Notes: generated by a model from the sequence alone, not told the origin. 63,152 nucleotides of DNA, filler included, from Octopus bimaculoides (GCF_001194135.2; 10 parts of 10 records of this genome joined end to end with filler, not necessarily neighbours in it); one strand, 5' to 3'; shown: positions 38,687-52,369, numbered from the whole stretch's first letter. Numbers and translations: made by a program.

Positions 38687-41600
38687 GTTAGCGCGAGAAA
38701 AATCTTTTTACTCATAATTAAATGCTTAACAACAATCTTAGTATCCTGTGCTCCTATAATGTGCTTGTAATTCAAATTTAAAATGAGATGATTGTACGAG
38801 TTAACCTTTGAAACTATATGTCAATTCCTTGTGGAATTGCTTTCATGATTATCTTTTAGTTACTAAACATGTTTTGATAATGAAGTGGAAATCCGCTGAA
38901 CGAATGAGTATGCTGGATATAACTGATTTTGAAAAAATCAGTGGTTAACCTTCGTTAACAAACTGAATATAAAAGGATAAAGAAACATTTTGTTTAGCAA
39001 ACATGCAAAAATACTGCTGAAAATTTCTCACAGATTTCAGATGGTACAATTCATTTTATGAAGCAGTTAAATATTTAATATTGAGGTCGAGAATATGAAA
39101 ATTATCACTAAAAATTTGAAGTACAAGATTTAAAAATATGATTTGAACAAAAGTTAGAAGTTCTTCATTCCTAAGTTAAGCGACTCTTTACAAATTGACT
39201 GAAAACATTCGAAATATGAATCTATAGCTTGTGATTTGAAAATGTAAATCTAACCACAGGTAAAAGGCAATAATCCCCATTTGCACTTCCTCTTTTTGAA
39301 TAAATATATAGTTAATATCCAGAAAATCGGGTGAATATAAAATTGATATTAGGAGTTGTGATGCTGAATCCTAACACATAAAATATACTTCTTAATGTCA
39401 AAAGATATAATTTCATTACGACAAAGGAGGCGAGTTATTACGAGACAGTTATTTCCCTTTGAAAGGGATGAGGTTCCAGACAGAGACCTTATAGTCATCA
39501 CTGACTAAGAAGGATGAATTGACATTGTTCTATCTAGTTGCTTCCCTTTGAAGGTGTGATAGCAAATAGTGTTTTTCAGTTGTGAATTATTGCCCCTGAC
39601 AAGTAAGGGTTCTATAAATTCACCATAAAATTTATGTTCCGGTTACAGGCACCATAGTCTACCAAATGAAATGGTTACAACACCATGCCATCGCCATCTT
39701 TGTTTCAATTTTTACGTCATAAACATATTTCTTCATCGCCTCAATAAACATAACTGCAAAAAATAGAAATACTACACTTACATTAGTTTTATACACACAC
39801 ACACACACGCACGCATATGCACATACACACCCACGAACAGACACACACACACACACTCTCTCTCTCTCTCACTCTCTCTCCCCCTCTCTCTTTCACTTTC
39901 TCTCCCCCTCTCTCTCCCCCTCTCTCACTCACACATACACGCACACAAACACTCACTGACACACGCGCACACACACACAAAAGCATGCGCATACACACAG
40001 AAACATGCACATGTGTGTGTGTATGTATGTATATATATATATGTGTTTGTATGTGTGTGTATATATATCTATATATATATGTGTGTGCGTGTGTGTATAT
40101 GTGTACGTGCGTATATGTATGTATGTCTATCTGTATGTATGTATGTATGTATGTATGTATAAATATATAAAGTCAAAAACCACACCCCTTAAAAGTAGAT
40201 GTTCCTTTAGAACACAAAAATACTGTAATATTTACCAAGTGTGTATGTATGTTTGTATGAATGTATGTATGTATGTATATATGTATGTATACATACATAC
40301 ATACATACATACATACACACACACATATTAACTTGCAAATGCGTGTGTTTGTGTCTACGTATGTGCTTAAATCCGCGTGGATGTGCGCGCCCGCCCGCAT
40401 GTGTTTGCAAGGCCTATCGTTAAACGCTGATGTTTGATCTTCCGCGTGTTGTCTAATCTCCAATGTCTGTCTGCCTTAATTCTTAATAAATAGCCTGTTA
40501 AGAACGATGGAATATCAGCCAGTCAGACTAACACTTATCACTGTACATGTAGATAGATGAAAGTAGTCGGCGGACTTCCAGCTACTGATCTAAATTAGGA
40601 GGTTAGTAGAAACTTTATACCGGTATTCGGTGCCACGGCAGACAGTCGCCTGAAGTATACAGTTATGGATTTCTTTTTAGATATGTATCTAATGTTTTTA
40701 AGGAAACTCAAAGTGTCTTTCTGTTGTTCGTTCATTAGTGGTATAGAAAGATATCCACTTGCTGATGGAATCCAGAGTGTTTATAATTAATGTATGGACT
40801 GAACGGCATATATGAATATATGTATGCGAAATTCATGCTTACTATAAATACACACACACNNNNNNNNNNNNNNNNNNNNNNNNNNNNNNNNNNNNNNNNN
40901 NNNNNNNNNNNNNNNNNNNNNNNNNNNNNNNNNNNNNNNNNNNNNNNNNNNNNNNNNNNNNNNNNNNNNNNNNNNNNNNNNNNNNNNNNNNNNNNNNNNN
41001 NNNNNNNNNNNNNNNNNNNNNNNNNNNNNNNNNNNNNNNNNNNNNNNNNNNNNNNNNNNNNNNNNNNNNNNNNNNNNNNNNNNNNNNNNNNNNNNNNNNN
41101 NNNNNNNNNNNNNNNNNNNNNNNNNNNNNNNNNNNNNNNNNNNNNNNNNNNNNNNNNNNNNNNNNNNNNNNNNNNNNNNNNNNNNNNNNNNNNNNNNNNN
41201 NNNNNNNNNNNNNNNNNNNNNNNNNNNNNNNNNNNNNNNNNNNNNNNNNNNNNNNNNNNNNNNNNNNNNNNNNNNNNNNNNNNNNNNNNNNNNNNNNNNN
41301 NNNNNNNNNNNNNNNNNNNNNNNNNNNNNNNNNNNNNNNNNNNNNNNNNNNNNNNNNNNNNNNNNNNNNNNNNNNNNNNNNNNNNNNNNNNNNNNNNNNN
41401 NNNNNNNNNNNNNNNNNNNNNNNNNNNNNNNNNNNNNNNNNNNNNNNNNNNNNNNNNNNNNNNNNNNNNNNNNNNNNNNNNNNNNNNNNNNNNNNNNNNN
41501 NNNNNNNNNNNNNNNNNNNNNNNNNNNNNNNNNNNNNNNNNNNNNNNNNNNNNNNNNNNNNNNNNNNNNNNNNNNNNNNNNNNNNNNNNNNNNNNNNNNN

Positions 41601-41841
41601 NNNNNNNNNNNNNNNNNNNNNNNNNNNNNNNNNNNNNNNNNNNNNNNNNNNNNNNNNNNNNNNNNNNNNNNNNNNNNNNNNNNNNNNNNNNNNNNNNNNN
41701 NNNNNNNNNNNNNNNNNNNNNNNNNNNNNNNNNNNNNNNNNNNNNNNNNNNNNNNNNNNNNNNNNNNNNNNNNNNNNNNNNNNNNNNNNNNNNNNNNNNN
41801 NNNNNNNNNNNNNNNNNNNNNNNNNNNNNNNNNNNNNNNNN

Positions 41842-41873
<32 letters not shown>

Positions 41874-41947
41874 CATGTATGTCTGTATGTATGTATGTAT
41901 GTATGTATGTATGTATGTATGTACTTAAAACAGCAAAACTAACAGAA

Positions 41948-41991
41948 AACTGTTACTCAGAGTTTCAGAGATTCCCATTCTTCAGACAGTT
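41948..41991 (-). ncRNA. Compact type I hammerhead ribozyme motif
   Basis: Minus strand AACTGT-CTGAAGA-ATGGGAATCTCT-GAAAC-TCTGA-GTA-ACAGTT. Perfect 6-bp stem I, intact core, short stem II with one mismatch, quasi-palindromic stem III, GUA site. Confidence 0.75.
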
Positions 41992-43011
41992 GTGACATGC
42001 GGGAGCCTGAAACTCGGAGTAAAATATTTGTGATAATTTTGCAACTCTAATAAAAGCCTATCGCTCTACTTTTGGTATTCCAGTACTATTTTCGCGACTT
42101 TGTTTTGCACTTATATCCTCATCTTTGTGTGCGTGTGCGTATACACATGTGTGCTTATATACGTGTGTGTGTGCCTTTATATCTATAAATATTTATACAC
42201 AAACAATACAAATAACAGTTGCTCAGTATAACTTGACCAACATAATATCATGTTGTTTCCACTCGTCAAGACTAAACTACTGATATCATAATTCGTATAC
42301 TATATCACCGATATTGTTTAGAAATGCAAAAATTCTCTATTATACGATAAAATATCAGCGAGTAGCCACGATGTGATTGCGTTAACAGAAAATCTCGACG
42401 AAAGAAATTCAAATTCGATTTTTTTTTTTTTGGCGATCAGCTATTACTTGTTATATATTAATCTATAGAATTTATCTAGAATTTATCTCTGATTTATACT
42501 ATTTAGAAGTGCAGACAGATACCTATTTACTGTGGTGCTGAAATTGGTAGAGGGTGTGAGTGAAGTAGATGCAGTAGTAAAAATCTAGCTCACATCATCA
42601 TTATAACATATTGAGAAACGTTACAGAAAATATATAAACTAACATTATAAAGATATACAAATATATAAAAATAGATACATAAACAAAATAAAGAAAACAT
42701 CATAAAAAAACACCCTCACTAAGAAACTAAAAAAGACGAATAACAGCAAGTTAACACAAAGAAGTCAACAAATGTTTTCCAACACTTAAAAAGTTTATAA
42801 ACAGCTCACCGAAAATATATATACATANNNNNNNNNNNNNNNNNNNNNNNNNNNNNNNNNNNNNNNNNNNNTTAATTAATTAANNNNNNNNNNNNNNNNN
42901 NNNNNNNNNNNNNNNNNNNNNNNNNNNTATATATGCACACATGAATGTATGCTTACATAGACATTTATATATATCTATATCTATCAATCAATAAATCTAT
43001 CTATCTATCCA

Positions 43012-43084
<73 letters not shown>

Positions 43085-43284
43085 TTATTTATTTTTTATC
43101 CATGCATGTATACAGATGTATATATGCATCTATAGATACATATGTATATATACATTCATCTATACTTACATGTGCAAATGTGTGTATCTGTCTGTCTGTC
43201 TGTCTAGCCATCCATATATTTATGTACACATACATATACTAAGTGTGCTGTGGTCATGGTTGGTCAACTGATGAATTAATATGA

Positions 43285-43900
43285 ACTACATGCAGGTCTG
43301 AGGCAAGGTTACTTGTTGTTCTTACTCTTTTCAACATTTTCTTGGAATTTATCATGAATGAACCGAAAAAAAGAACCTACAGAAAAGTCACTCACAAATG
43401 TCCACTCCATGGACACTGGATATGCTGACAAAACAATTCTAGATATCTAGAATCTTTGACAAAGTGAAATTACCAACTAAATAATAAAACAAAGCATGTT
43501 AACAAAGAGGTATGGAAATTAATGGCATGAAACACAAAAGCCTGTCAAAGGAATAAACACTTTGGATGGTTCAAAAGCAGAACACGTCAATCTCATTTGT
43601 ACAGGACTGAATATGTGTAAAGGTAGATCACACTGTAATCAGAGAAGTGTTGAAGTATTTCTGTAAGGAACCCCCCCATCCTTTCTATGATATACATTAT
43701 TATTGATTTAATAAGAAGTGATTGAAAGTGTTTGGCCAAGCAGAAAGAAAGCCACATATTAACTACATAGTGCTGACATTTTTGTGAAGACTTCTCAAAC
43801 CCCTGTGTATGGTTGACAACTTATGAAGTGGACTTCCCAGATCCACAAGAACATGTTTATCACTTGAAAGATTGACAGTCAAAGAGGGTAACAGTAGTTC
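43285..43900 (+). mobile_element. RTE-like LINE reverse transcriptase remnant
   Basis: GLRQGYLL..LF-NIFLEFIM (frameshifted), YAD(K)TIL (YADD-like) and GMEIN..K motifs occur in the expected order. Confidence 0.65.
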
Positions 43901-44136
43901 ACATTTTATATACTTGTTATCTGCAAAGTTTCTACTCTATTCTGGCAGAAAATTTCTCTGAATCTTCATTTTATTTGTCTTACATAACAAAGCATAAATA
44001 TGTTAAAAGCGATATTCAGAGTGTTACTCAAAACGAGTTTATTGAAATAAAATTTACTGAAAAAGCAAGAAAACGTAAGTTGAAGTTAGAGTTGGTAGAA
44101 TCAACAATTAATCAGAATATATTAAATTTATTGCGG

Positions 44137-44455
44137 AGATGTACTTGCATAGCAAGTGACCTGATCTGAGATCGTGTGCTGGAACGAAAACAATTGCAGC
44201 GTGGAAGGTGTTTATAAGCCATTTAAAATAACACACAAAAACCGTTAGATTCACTTCAACATTTGAATTTAATTTGTCAAAATATTTTCAAAATTCTGTG
44301 GTACGCTGCATCTGCTCAGATGCAGCACAGAATTTTGTCAGTGAACAGGTCACGGTCTCAAAGCGACGAAAATATTTTGACAAATTAAATTTAAATGTTG
44401 AAGTGAATCTAACGGTTTTTATGTGTTATTTTAAATGGCTTATAAACACCTTCCA
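44137..44455. mobile_element. Foldback/MITE-like element with 88-bp arms (44202-44289 / 44368-44455)
   Basis: tggaaggtgtttataagccatttaaa...caaaatattttc and its reverse complement, with a nested internal hairpin. Confidence 0.8.
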
Positions 44456-45539
44456 AAAGCCCTGTGAGCCAGAGTGGCTGTTCCANNNNNNNNNNNNNNN
44501 NNNNNNNNNNNNNNNNNNNNNNNNNNNNNNNNNNNNNNNNNNNNNNNNNNNNNNNNNNNNNNNNNNNNNNNNNNNNNNNNNNNNNNNNNNNNNNNNNNNN
44601 NNNNNNNNNNNNNNNNNNNNNNNNNNNNNNNNNNNNNNNNNNNNNNNNNNNNNNNNNNNNNNNNNNNNNNNNNNNNNNNNNNNNNNNNNNNNNNNNNNNN
44701 NNNNNNNNNNNNNNNNNNNNNNNNNNNNNNNNNNNNNNNNNNNNNNNNNNNNNNNNNNNNNNNNNNNNNNNNNNNNNNNNNNNNNNNNNNNNNNNNNNNN
44801 NNNNNNNNNNNNNNNNNNNNNNNNNNNNNNNNNNNNNNNNNNNNNNNNNNNNNNNNNNNNNNNNNNNNNNNNNNNNNNNNNNNNNNNNNNNNNNNNNNNN
44901 NNNNNNNNNNNNNNNNNNNNNNNNNNNNNNNNNNNNNNNNNNNNNNNNNNNNNNNNNNNNNNNNNNNNNNNNNNNNNNNNNNNNNNNNNACGGGGGACGT
45001 AAACATACCAACACCGGTCGTCAAGCGGTAGTTGTAGTCAAACACAACCACACACGGGGACACACACACACACATAACCATACATGCTAGCTGTTGCTTA
45101 TGACATGGGATTGTCTTTCATTGTATCTTAATAGGATTATTGTGCCAATAATAAACACACATACTGGTTCTATCTTAGTTCTTTCATTATTGTTAGACCT
45201 GAAGTACAGAGGGCATATCATTGATGAGGTTGCAAATGGTGATGAACAAACTCTGATGAACCAAGTTGATTATTTGATTGAATTATCAATGAATCAAACA
45301 ATTGATTAATTAATTGGTTGAAAGGCTAACTAGTAGACCAACAATAACAAAAGTAAAATTAGACCAGTGCATATGACACGTGTTTACTATGTAGTGTGGT
45401 TATGACAAAAACTTGTCAGTTTATATACATCATTTATTGCAATGTTATTACAAGGCTTCATGCAACACAGGCAGAGTCAATTTTATTTGAATATCGTGGT
45501 TTACAGGTGCTGGAGATCTTCAACAGAAATTTGATAGCT

Positions 45540-45935
45540 AGATTGATTTTCCACAACATTGCATATACCTATATTTGTATTGATTTTTTTTATCTATATC
45601 TGGATTGTGTATAGTGCTGTGAAAACAGCCATTAGGAGAATTGCATTTGGTTGAGTAAGGAGATGTGTGAAAACAGGTGTTTGAGAGGAATTTACCTGGG
45701 ACCAAATTCAACAAGGTCTGCATTCACTCTGCATTCATTTGCAGTATTTAAAACCTCTCTTGATATAAGGTTCTTGTGATTAACATGTGAACAAAAAGTT
45801 CTGATTGGCTGAAATGGAGCCTGGATGCATGATGTACTTGTAATCCACATGTGATTGAAGACGGGGTTGAAATCAACTGCCCTAATTATTTGCCCAATGA
45901 CTCTCCTGAGATATGACAAAATCTGTTTCAAAACA
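45540..45935 (-). mobile_element. LINE apurinic-endonuclease remnant (RTE-like)
   Basis: Minus strand IIRAVDFN (GDFN-like), LVEF and FLSNTCFH...NSPNG.FHSTI (resembling NTFF...W.SP.G...ID). Heavily decayed. Confidence 0.45.
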
Positions 45936-46307
45936 CAATTTCACATGAAGAATCTTGCAAACTAAAGACAAAAAACGAAATATATATAATGTAAAACTGT
46001 CCAAATAAAAATCATTTCAATAAATTGAGACTGTATAAGATATTTGTTTAGAAACATTTTCCCGTGTTTCGAATATTTGCTAATAAATTGATTAACTGTT
46101 CATTCAAGCAACTATTACTTTGATTTCCGGTCATTCGTATTTTGGTTAATCGTTTTGGGTGGATTCACAAAAAGCCATTCAGTTTCGTACTACCATCTGC
46201 TTCTTTATCTCACCTGATATTAAAGATACGTAACTGTCGCTTGATGAGGAAGAGTCACTTCCCTTGAATTATATTTCGGTCCGTCATCTGATATCTGACA
46301 TGGAATT

Positions 46308-47400
46308 GTGGGTGGGCTGAAAAGGTCATAGGGCTGTCTATGAAGAAGTGAAGCTAGACCTGTGAAATCTTGCATGCATTAATTTCAACAGTTCTTGTTA
46401 ATAATTTCATTGTTTCTTTCCAGGTAAAATGACATCTGATTGTTCAAGGAAGATTTCAAAAGTAACTTGTTGCCACTTCTCTTGAAAGTGGGCAAGATTT
46501 GGCATCATGGTGTTATCAAGTACCTGCAGAAAAAGGGTTTAGTCCCCAAGGACGTTCATGTTGACATGGTTGCTTCATTAGGGGATGATGCTCCAGTTTT
46601 ATCAATCAACAGTGCAGAAGTGAGCAGCTGAATTAAGGGGGGGGGGGTGAGGGAGACTCGTGAAGATGACCCAAGGTCTGGATATCCTGCAACTGTTTCC
46701 GCTGAGGAAAACATTGATCATGTTCGCCACATGTTGATAGATGACAGGCGATTGACCATAAATCAAATAGCCAATNNNNNNNNNNNNNNNNNNNNNNNNN
46801 NNNNNNNNNNNNNNNNNNNNNNNNNNNNNNNNNNNNNNNNNNNNNNNNNNNNNNNNNNNNNNNNNNNNNNNNNNNNNNNNNNNNNNNNNNNNNNNNNNNN
46901 NNNNNNNNNNNNNNNNNNNNNNNNNNNNNNNNNNNNNNNNNNNNNNNNNNNNNNNNNNNNNNNNNNNNNNNNNNNNNNNNNNNCCTCCTCAACTGCCCCA
47001 AAGAAGGCCAAAGTCATTTCATCCGTAAGGAAGGTGATGGCTTCAGTTTTTGGGATGCAAAGGCAGTGTGTTTATTGACTATCTTGGAAAAGGCGACACC
47101 ATCAATGGAGAGTTGTTGAGACAGTTTCAAAAGCCTATGAAAACAAAACTTCCAAGAAAACTGACAAAAGGAGTGTTATTTCATCAGGACAATGCTCCAG
47201 TATACAAGCCTTTGGTTTTAATGGCTGTTGTGCGTAACTGTGGCTTTAAACTGGTTGACCACCCTCCCTATTCTCCTGATTTGGCCCCATCTGACTATCA
47301 TCTGTTCCTCAACATGAAAAAACACTTGCCTAAGAACCCATATTGCAAATAAAAGATTCTTCACCTATTGTAAAATGTGAAGGTAATATCTTGATTGAAT
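46308..47400 (+). mobile_element. Mariner (DD34D-type) transposase pseudogene spanning a gap
   Basis: GGGTGGGCTGAAAAGGTCATAG TIR-like start. EDDPRSGYP, DDRRLTINQIA, KVMASVF, FHQDNAP and HPPYSPDLAPSDYHLF motifs. Confidence 0.9.
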
Positions 47401-47517
47401 TAGAATTATTTCTTAGAAATGTAAAGCTTCCAATAGAAGTGGTTAGAACCATAAACAATTATAACTTGCAGAAATCCATGATAATACTTACATATGTATG
47501 CGGCCAGCTCACTGCCT

Positions 47518-47548
<31 letters not shown>

Positions 47549-47549
47549 G

Positions 47550-47763
47550 ATTTCAAATTTTTGCCACAAGGGCAGCTTGTGGGGAGGGGATTAAGTCGAT
47601 TACATCGATGCCAGTGCATAGCTGGTACTAATTTAATCGACCCCGAAAGGATGAAAGGTAAAGTTGACCTCAATGGAATTTGAACTCAGAATGTAGCAGC
47701 AGACGAAACACCGCTAAGCATTTTGTCCGGTGTGCCAATGACTCTGCTGGCTCACCACCTTAC
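47550..47763 (-). mobile_element. SINE family A
   Basis: Full-length reverse copy (gccacaagg...atcgaccccgaaagg...atttgaactcagaa...ctcaccacctta). Confidence 0.8.
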
Positions 47764-47944
47764 TACAACTACTACTAATAATAATGTGTAATGTTTATGT
47801 TGACAGTCTCAAAACCAGTGTAGTGTATGTTAATGCCTTATTCTGACCTTTATTATAGCTAGTTCTATGGTAATTGAATCGGTATTTAAAAATAGTAATA
47901 AGCTTTTTTTTTTGGTCTTATAACCTTCCATAATGTACAGTTCT

Positions 47945-48370
47945 TTTATTCTCTTACGTGTTTCAGTCACTTGACTGTGGCCATGCTGGAGTACTGCCTT
48001 TAGTACTTATTCATTGTAAGCCTAGTACTTGTTCTGTCGGTCTCTTTTGCTGAACCGCTAAGTTATGGTGACTTAAACACATCAACATCAGTTGTCAAGT
48101 AATGATGGAGGGACAAACACAGACACACAAACACACACACACAAACACATACACACACACACACAAACACACACACACGTGCACACACACACACACACAT
48201 ACACACACACACATGACAGGCTTCTTTCAGTTTCCGTCTAGCAAATCCACTTACAAGACTTTGGTTAGCCTGTGGCTATAGTAGAAGATATTTGCCCAAG
48301 GTGCCATGCAGTGGGTCTGAACCTGAAATCATGTGGTTGGGAAGCAAGCTTCTTACCACACAGTCATACC
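47945..48370 (-). mobile_element. SINE family B, full length with internal (CA)n
   Basis: Tail, (CA)n and head are all present in reverse orientation. Confidence 0.85.
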
Positions 48371-48544
48371 TAGCCAACATATTTATTGTCTTCATGAAAC
48401 GATTCAGTGAACTTTTAAGACCTTTGAAGAATCCTGATATATTTTGTTTTGGAGCTTTGATTAATTGTCTTTTTTTTTACTTTTTTATAATAAAAAATAT
48501 TTCAACAGAATGTGATAATAATTTTTTTTTAATATTAAATATTG

Positions 48545-48757
48545 ATTTTAAATTTTGGCACAAGGCCAGCAATTTCTGGAAAGGGGCTTAGTTGATTACA
48601 TTGACCCAGTACTCAACTGGTACTTATTTTCTTGACCACGAAAGGATGAAAGGCAAAGTCTACCTCTGTTGGATTTGAACTCAGAATGTAAAGATGTACA
48701 AAATGCTGCTAAGTATTTTGCATGGTGTGTTAACGATTCTGCCAGCTCACCACCTTA
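48545..48757 (-). mobile_element. SINE family A
   Basis: Full-length reverse copy similar to 47550-47763. Confidence 0.8.
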
Positions 48758-48892
48758 AAAAAAAAAATTGCTAAATATTATAAAGAAATTATTCTAATAT
48801 TTGCCATAATTGAATTAATTTATTGATTTAAGCAACTGTTACTCTGATCATGGTTTTTATTCGTCAGCTGTTATTGATCAACTGCCCATATA

Positions 48893-49200
48893 GATATAGG
48901 CATGGCTGTATGGTTAAGAAGCTTGCTTTGCAACTCTGTGGTTTTGGGTTCAGTTCTACTGCATGGTACTGTGGGCAAGTGTTTTCTACTATATCCTGAG
49001 CCAAAAATAATTTGCTTGTGAGTGAATATGGTTCACAGAAACATCACTATAACTTAGTGGTTTGGCAAATGAGACTGATAAAATAAGTAGCAGACGTTAA
49101 AAATAAATTAGTACTGGGGTTGATCCATTTAGCTAACATCTTTTAAGGTGGTGCTCCAGCATGGCCATGGTGCAATGACTGAAACAAGTGAAAAGTACAA
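48893..49200 (+). mobile_element. SINE family B
   Basis: ggcatggctgtatggttaagaag head and ggtgctccagcatggcc...tgactgaaacaag tail. Confidence 0.75.
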
Positions 49201-49748
49201 GATACTGTAGAGGATAGATATAATCAACTGAATCTGTCTCGGTACATTTTTTGGGGCTCTTTTTAACAGTTTTTAAATGTGACATATAAATCTAGCACCA
49301 ACTTCATCCTAATTTGATATTATGAATTTTTACCCCTCCATATCAAGATCCCTGTGAAGCGAAGATTTACATTTTTCTTGTAAATTCATCATCAGGAACT
49401 GAGCTTATGCATACTCATAAAACCCTGCTTTACAGCTCTGGGGTAACATGGGCTGAAAAATATAAAGCAGATTACCTATTTAGCATCTCAATAAAATCAT
49501 ATGAGAGCACTGATGTATGTGATCTGATCTGTACAAGAAATACACACTTTCTAACTTACAACGTTGGTCTATACAGAGATTGTGACTTAGTAAATAGTTT
49601 CACACCATTGCAATGACCATACTTTATTGGCTATGGCATATATGTTTGCCCATTAATCATTGTTTTAGAAAATAAAAGATTTTAGGTTTTAGTTAATAAA
49701 AATTTACAGGTTAGTTGTCATATTTATTGACAATATTTCAAAAAAAGT

Positions 49749-50135
49749 GGAGGCACAATGGTCCAGTGGTTAGGGCTGCGGACTCGTGGTCATAGGATCG
49801 CGGTTTCGATTCCCAGACAGGGCATTATGAGTGTTTATTGAGCAAAAACATCTAAAGCTCCACGAGGCTCCGGCAGGGGATGGTGGCGAACCCTGCTGTA
49901 TTCTTTCACCACAACTTTCTCTCACTCTTACTTCCTGTTTCTGTTGTGCCTGTAATGCAAAAGGGTCAGCCTTGTCACACTGTGTCACGCTGAATATCCC
50001 AGAGAACTACATTAAGGGTACACGTGTCTGTGGAGTGCTCAGCCACTTGCACGTTAATTTCATGAGCAGGCTGTTCCATTGATCGGATCAACTGGAACCT
50101 TCGACGTCGTAAGCGACGGAGTGCCAACAACAACA
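49749..50135 (+). mobile_element. Full-length tRNA-derived SINE family D
   Basis: A box TGGTCCAGTGG, B box GGTTTCGATTCC, ~390-bp body and (CAA)n tail. Not a foldable tRNA. Confidence 0.8.
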
Positions 50136-50540
50136 TTTCAAAATGGCCATCCTTTGCTTTCACCATAGCTCTTTAAGCCTTTCTCAAATGTTTTATCGCC
50201 TCAAAATTCTTTATACTAGCTGTCTCCAATGCTTCAAATTGTTCACATTTTGTTTGAGCTACCATATTTAATTAAGAGTAAACAATAAAACAAAAGTATG
50301 TTAGGAAGCATTATACAACATTTGCAACTGTTTTTGTAATTAAGGATGTCTCAATTTATGTTTGAATAATGGGTAAATGTATGTGCTACTCCCAGTAGAT
50401 ACTTTCCACAAGAATTGTATTGCATCCATAAATAGCCTTGCCTTCAAAATAAGTGTAGATACTAATCTAATTAAGGTTGGTGCATTACTAGACTAAGAAG
50501 TAGCTTCTATAAACCTTTCTATAAATCTAACAAAAAATTC

Positions 50541-50746
50541 AATTGCAGTGTGGAAGGTGTTTATGAGCTATTTAAAAACACACAAAAACCGTTAGATTCA
50601 CTTCAACATTTAAATTTAATTTGCCAAAATATTTTCATCACTTTGAGACTGCGACCTGATCACTGACAAAATTCTGTGCAGCATGGGAATTTTGTCAGTG
50701 ATCAGGTCGCAGTCTCAAAATGATGAAAATATTTTGGCAAATTAAN
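50541..50746. mobile_element. Second copy of the 44.2-kb foldback family, truncated by a gap
   Basis: Same left arm; palindromic to its centre near 50680 (ttttcatcactttgagactgcgacctgatcactgacaaaatt / aattttgtcagtgatcaggtcgcagtctcaaaatgatgaaaa). Confidence 0.8.
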
Positions 50747-50892
50747 NNNNNNNNNNNNNNNNNNNNNNNNNNNNNNNNNNNNNNNNNNNTTAATTAATTA
50801 ANNNNNNNNNNNNNNNNNNNNNNNNNNNNNNNNNNNNNNNNNNNNTATATAATGTGCATATATATGTATTTCTGATATATATATATATATAT

Positions 50893-51060
50893 ATGAAAGG
50901 GCTTCTTTCAGTTTCCGTCTACCAAATCCACTCACAAGACTTTGGTCAGCCCGAGGCTATAGTAAAAGACACTTGCCTAAGGCGCCACGCAGCGGGACAG
51001 AACCCGGAACCATGTGGTTGGTTAGCAAGCTACTTACCACACAGCCATTCCTGCGCCTAT
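50893..51060 (-). mobile_element. SINE family B head (young-looking)
   Basis: gggcttctttcagtttccgtctaccaaatccactcacaag...cacagccattcctgcgcctat. Confidence 0.85.
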
Positions 51061-51105
51061 GTATGTAAATGAATGTGTGTGTGTGTGTACATGCGCGCGC
51101 GTGTG

Positions 51106-51139
<34 letters not shown>

Positions 51140-52198
51140 TATATATTGTCCTCCTGATCGTGTCCAGCTCCTAACCCTCGTGTACATAACACTGTCTAGC
51201 ACGTGAGTCTGTGTGTGCGATCGCATCAGTACTATTGGTAAATACGTGGGCATCTACTCTGTTATCTTTCATAGAACGCCTGAGAGACAGACAATTTTGG
51301 TGGGAGTTTTATTTTTGTTCTTTTCTCTATTTTGTTAAATTATATTTTAAGGCTATTCTAGGAGAAAAGTTCATCGCTAATCCAGCTACCTCCTCTCCCG
51401 CTAACACCACAACCGCTTACCATCTCCGAAGTTCTTCCATACCATTGCTATAACACAATTTCCTCTTTTACAATAACAAGATGAAACAAAGACTATAAAA
51501 AAAACATGGAGGACAGAAACATAAAAAAAGAAATGAACTAAGCAACAAACGATGACTAGATCCTTTCAAAATTTATACACTCTTACCACACATACACACA
51601 CAGACACACACGCAAACAGTATGTCACTCTCTCACTCACACATTCGCACACGGAATGAAAAGTGGGGAAATCCCATCTCCCCTACAATCCTTCCTTAGGA
51701 TTTACATACGCGGTCGTACATCAGGCAAACAAAAACCTAAGAGCAACAACAACAGCAACAGTATCCACAGCAACAACAACTATTGCAATATAAAAAAAGG
51801 AAAACAAACGAGAAACGTCCATGGGGTATTGTGTTTCGTCAGTTCTGTTAGTAGTAGTCTTAAGAGATTAAAGCAAAGAAATATTAAATGAAGCCTGACA
51901 ACATTTGAGAAGAGCGTGATTTTGACAAAACCGACATTTTGAAAAAAAGAAAAAAAAAAAAGTGGATAAATGGAATAGAAAAAAAAAGAGAAAAAAATAA
52001 AAGTCAATGGGGGAAATTAAATAAACAAAAGCAAAGAGTAACGACCAAATAATAGAAATGATTCGTTTTCGTCAAACAACTTCATCAAACAGCTATTAAA
52101 ACAGCAGATCAAAGAGTACGACAGTTTTGATGAATTTACAGGCGCGCAGACTTTTTATTTTGTATACGTGTATGTATGTGTATGTGTATATATGTATG

Positions 52199-52232
<34 letters not shown>

Positions 52233-52337
52233 TGTATGTATGTATGTATGTATCTTTTTATACATAAATGGATACATACACACGCATACACACACAGATA
52301 CAGACACACATACAGACACACATACAGACACACATAC

Positions 52338-52369
<32 letters not shown>

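Noticed and set aside
39663-39753. Minus-strand candidate exon with strong acceptor (MFIEAMKKYVYDVKIETKMAMAWCCNHFI)
   Set aside because: No homology and a weak donor; such signals are frequent by chance in AT-rich DNA.
45247-45335. CTGATGA...GAAA with structured insert
   Set aside because: Stem II is off by one base and there is no convincing NUH plus stem I; too degenerate to call.
49350-49400. Minus-strand CTGATGA followed by a hairpin
   Set aside because: No GAAA half of the core.
49749-49825. tRNA gene
   Set aside because: Has A and B boxes but no cloverleaf, and runs into a SINE body and (CAA)n tail.
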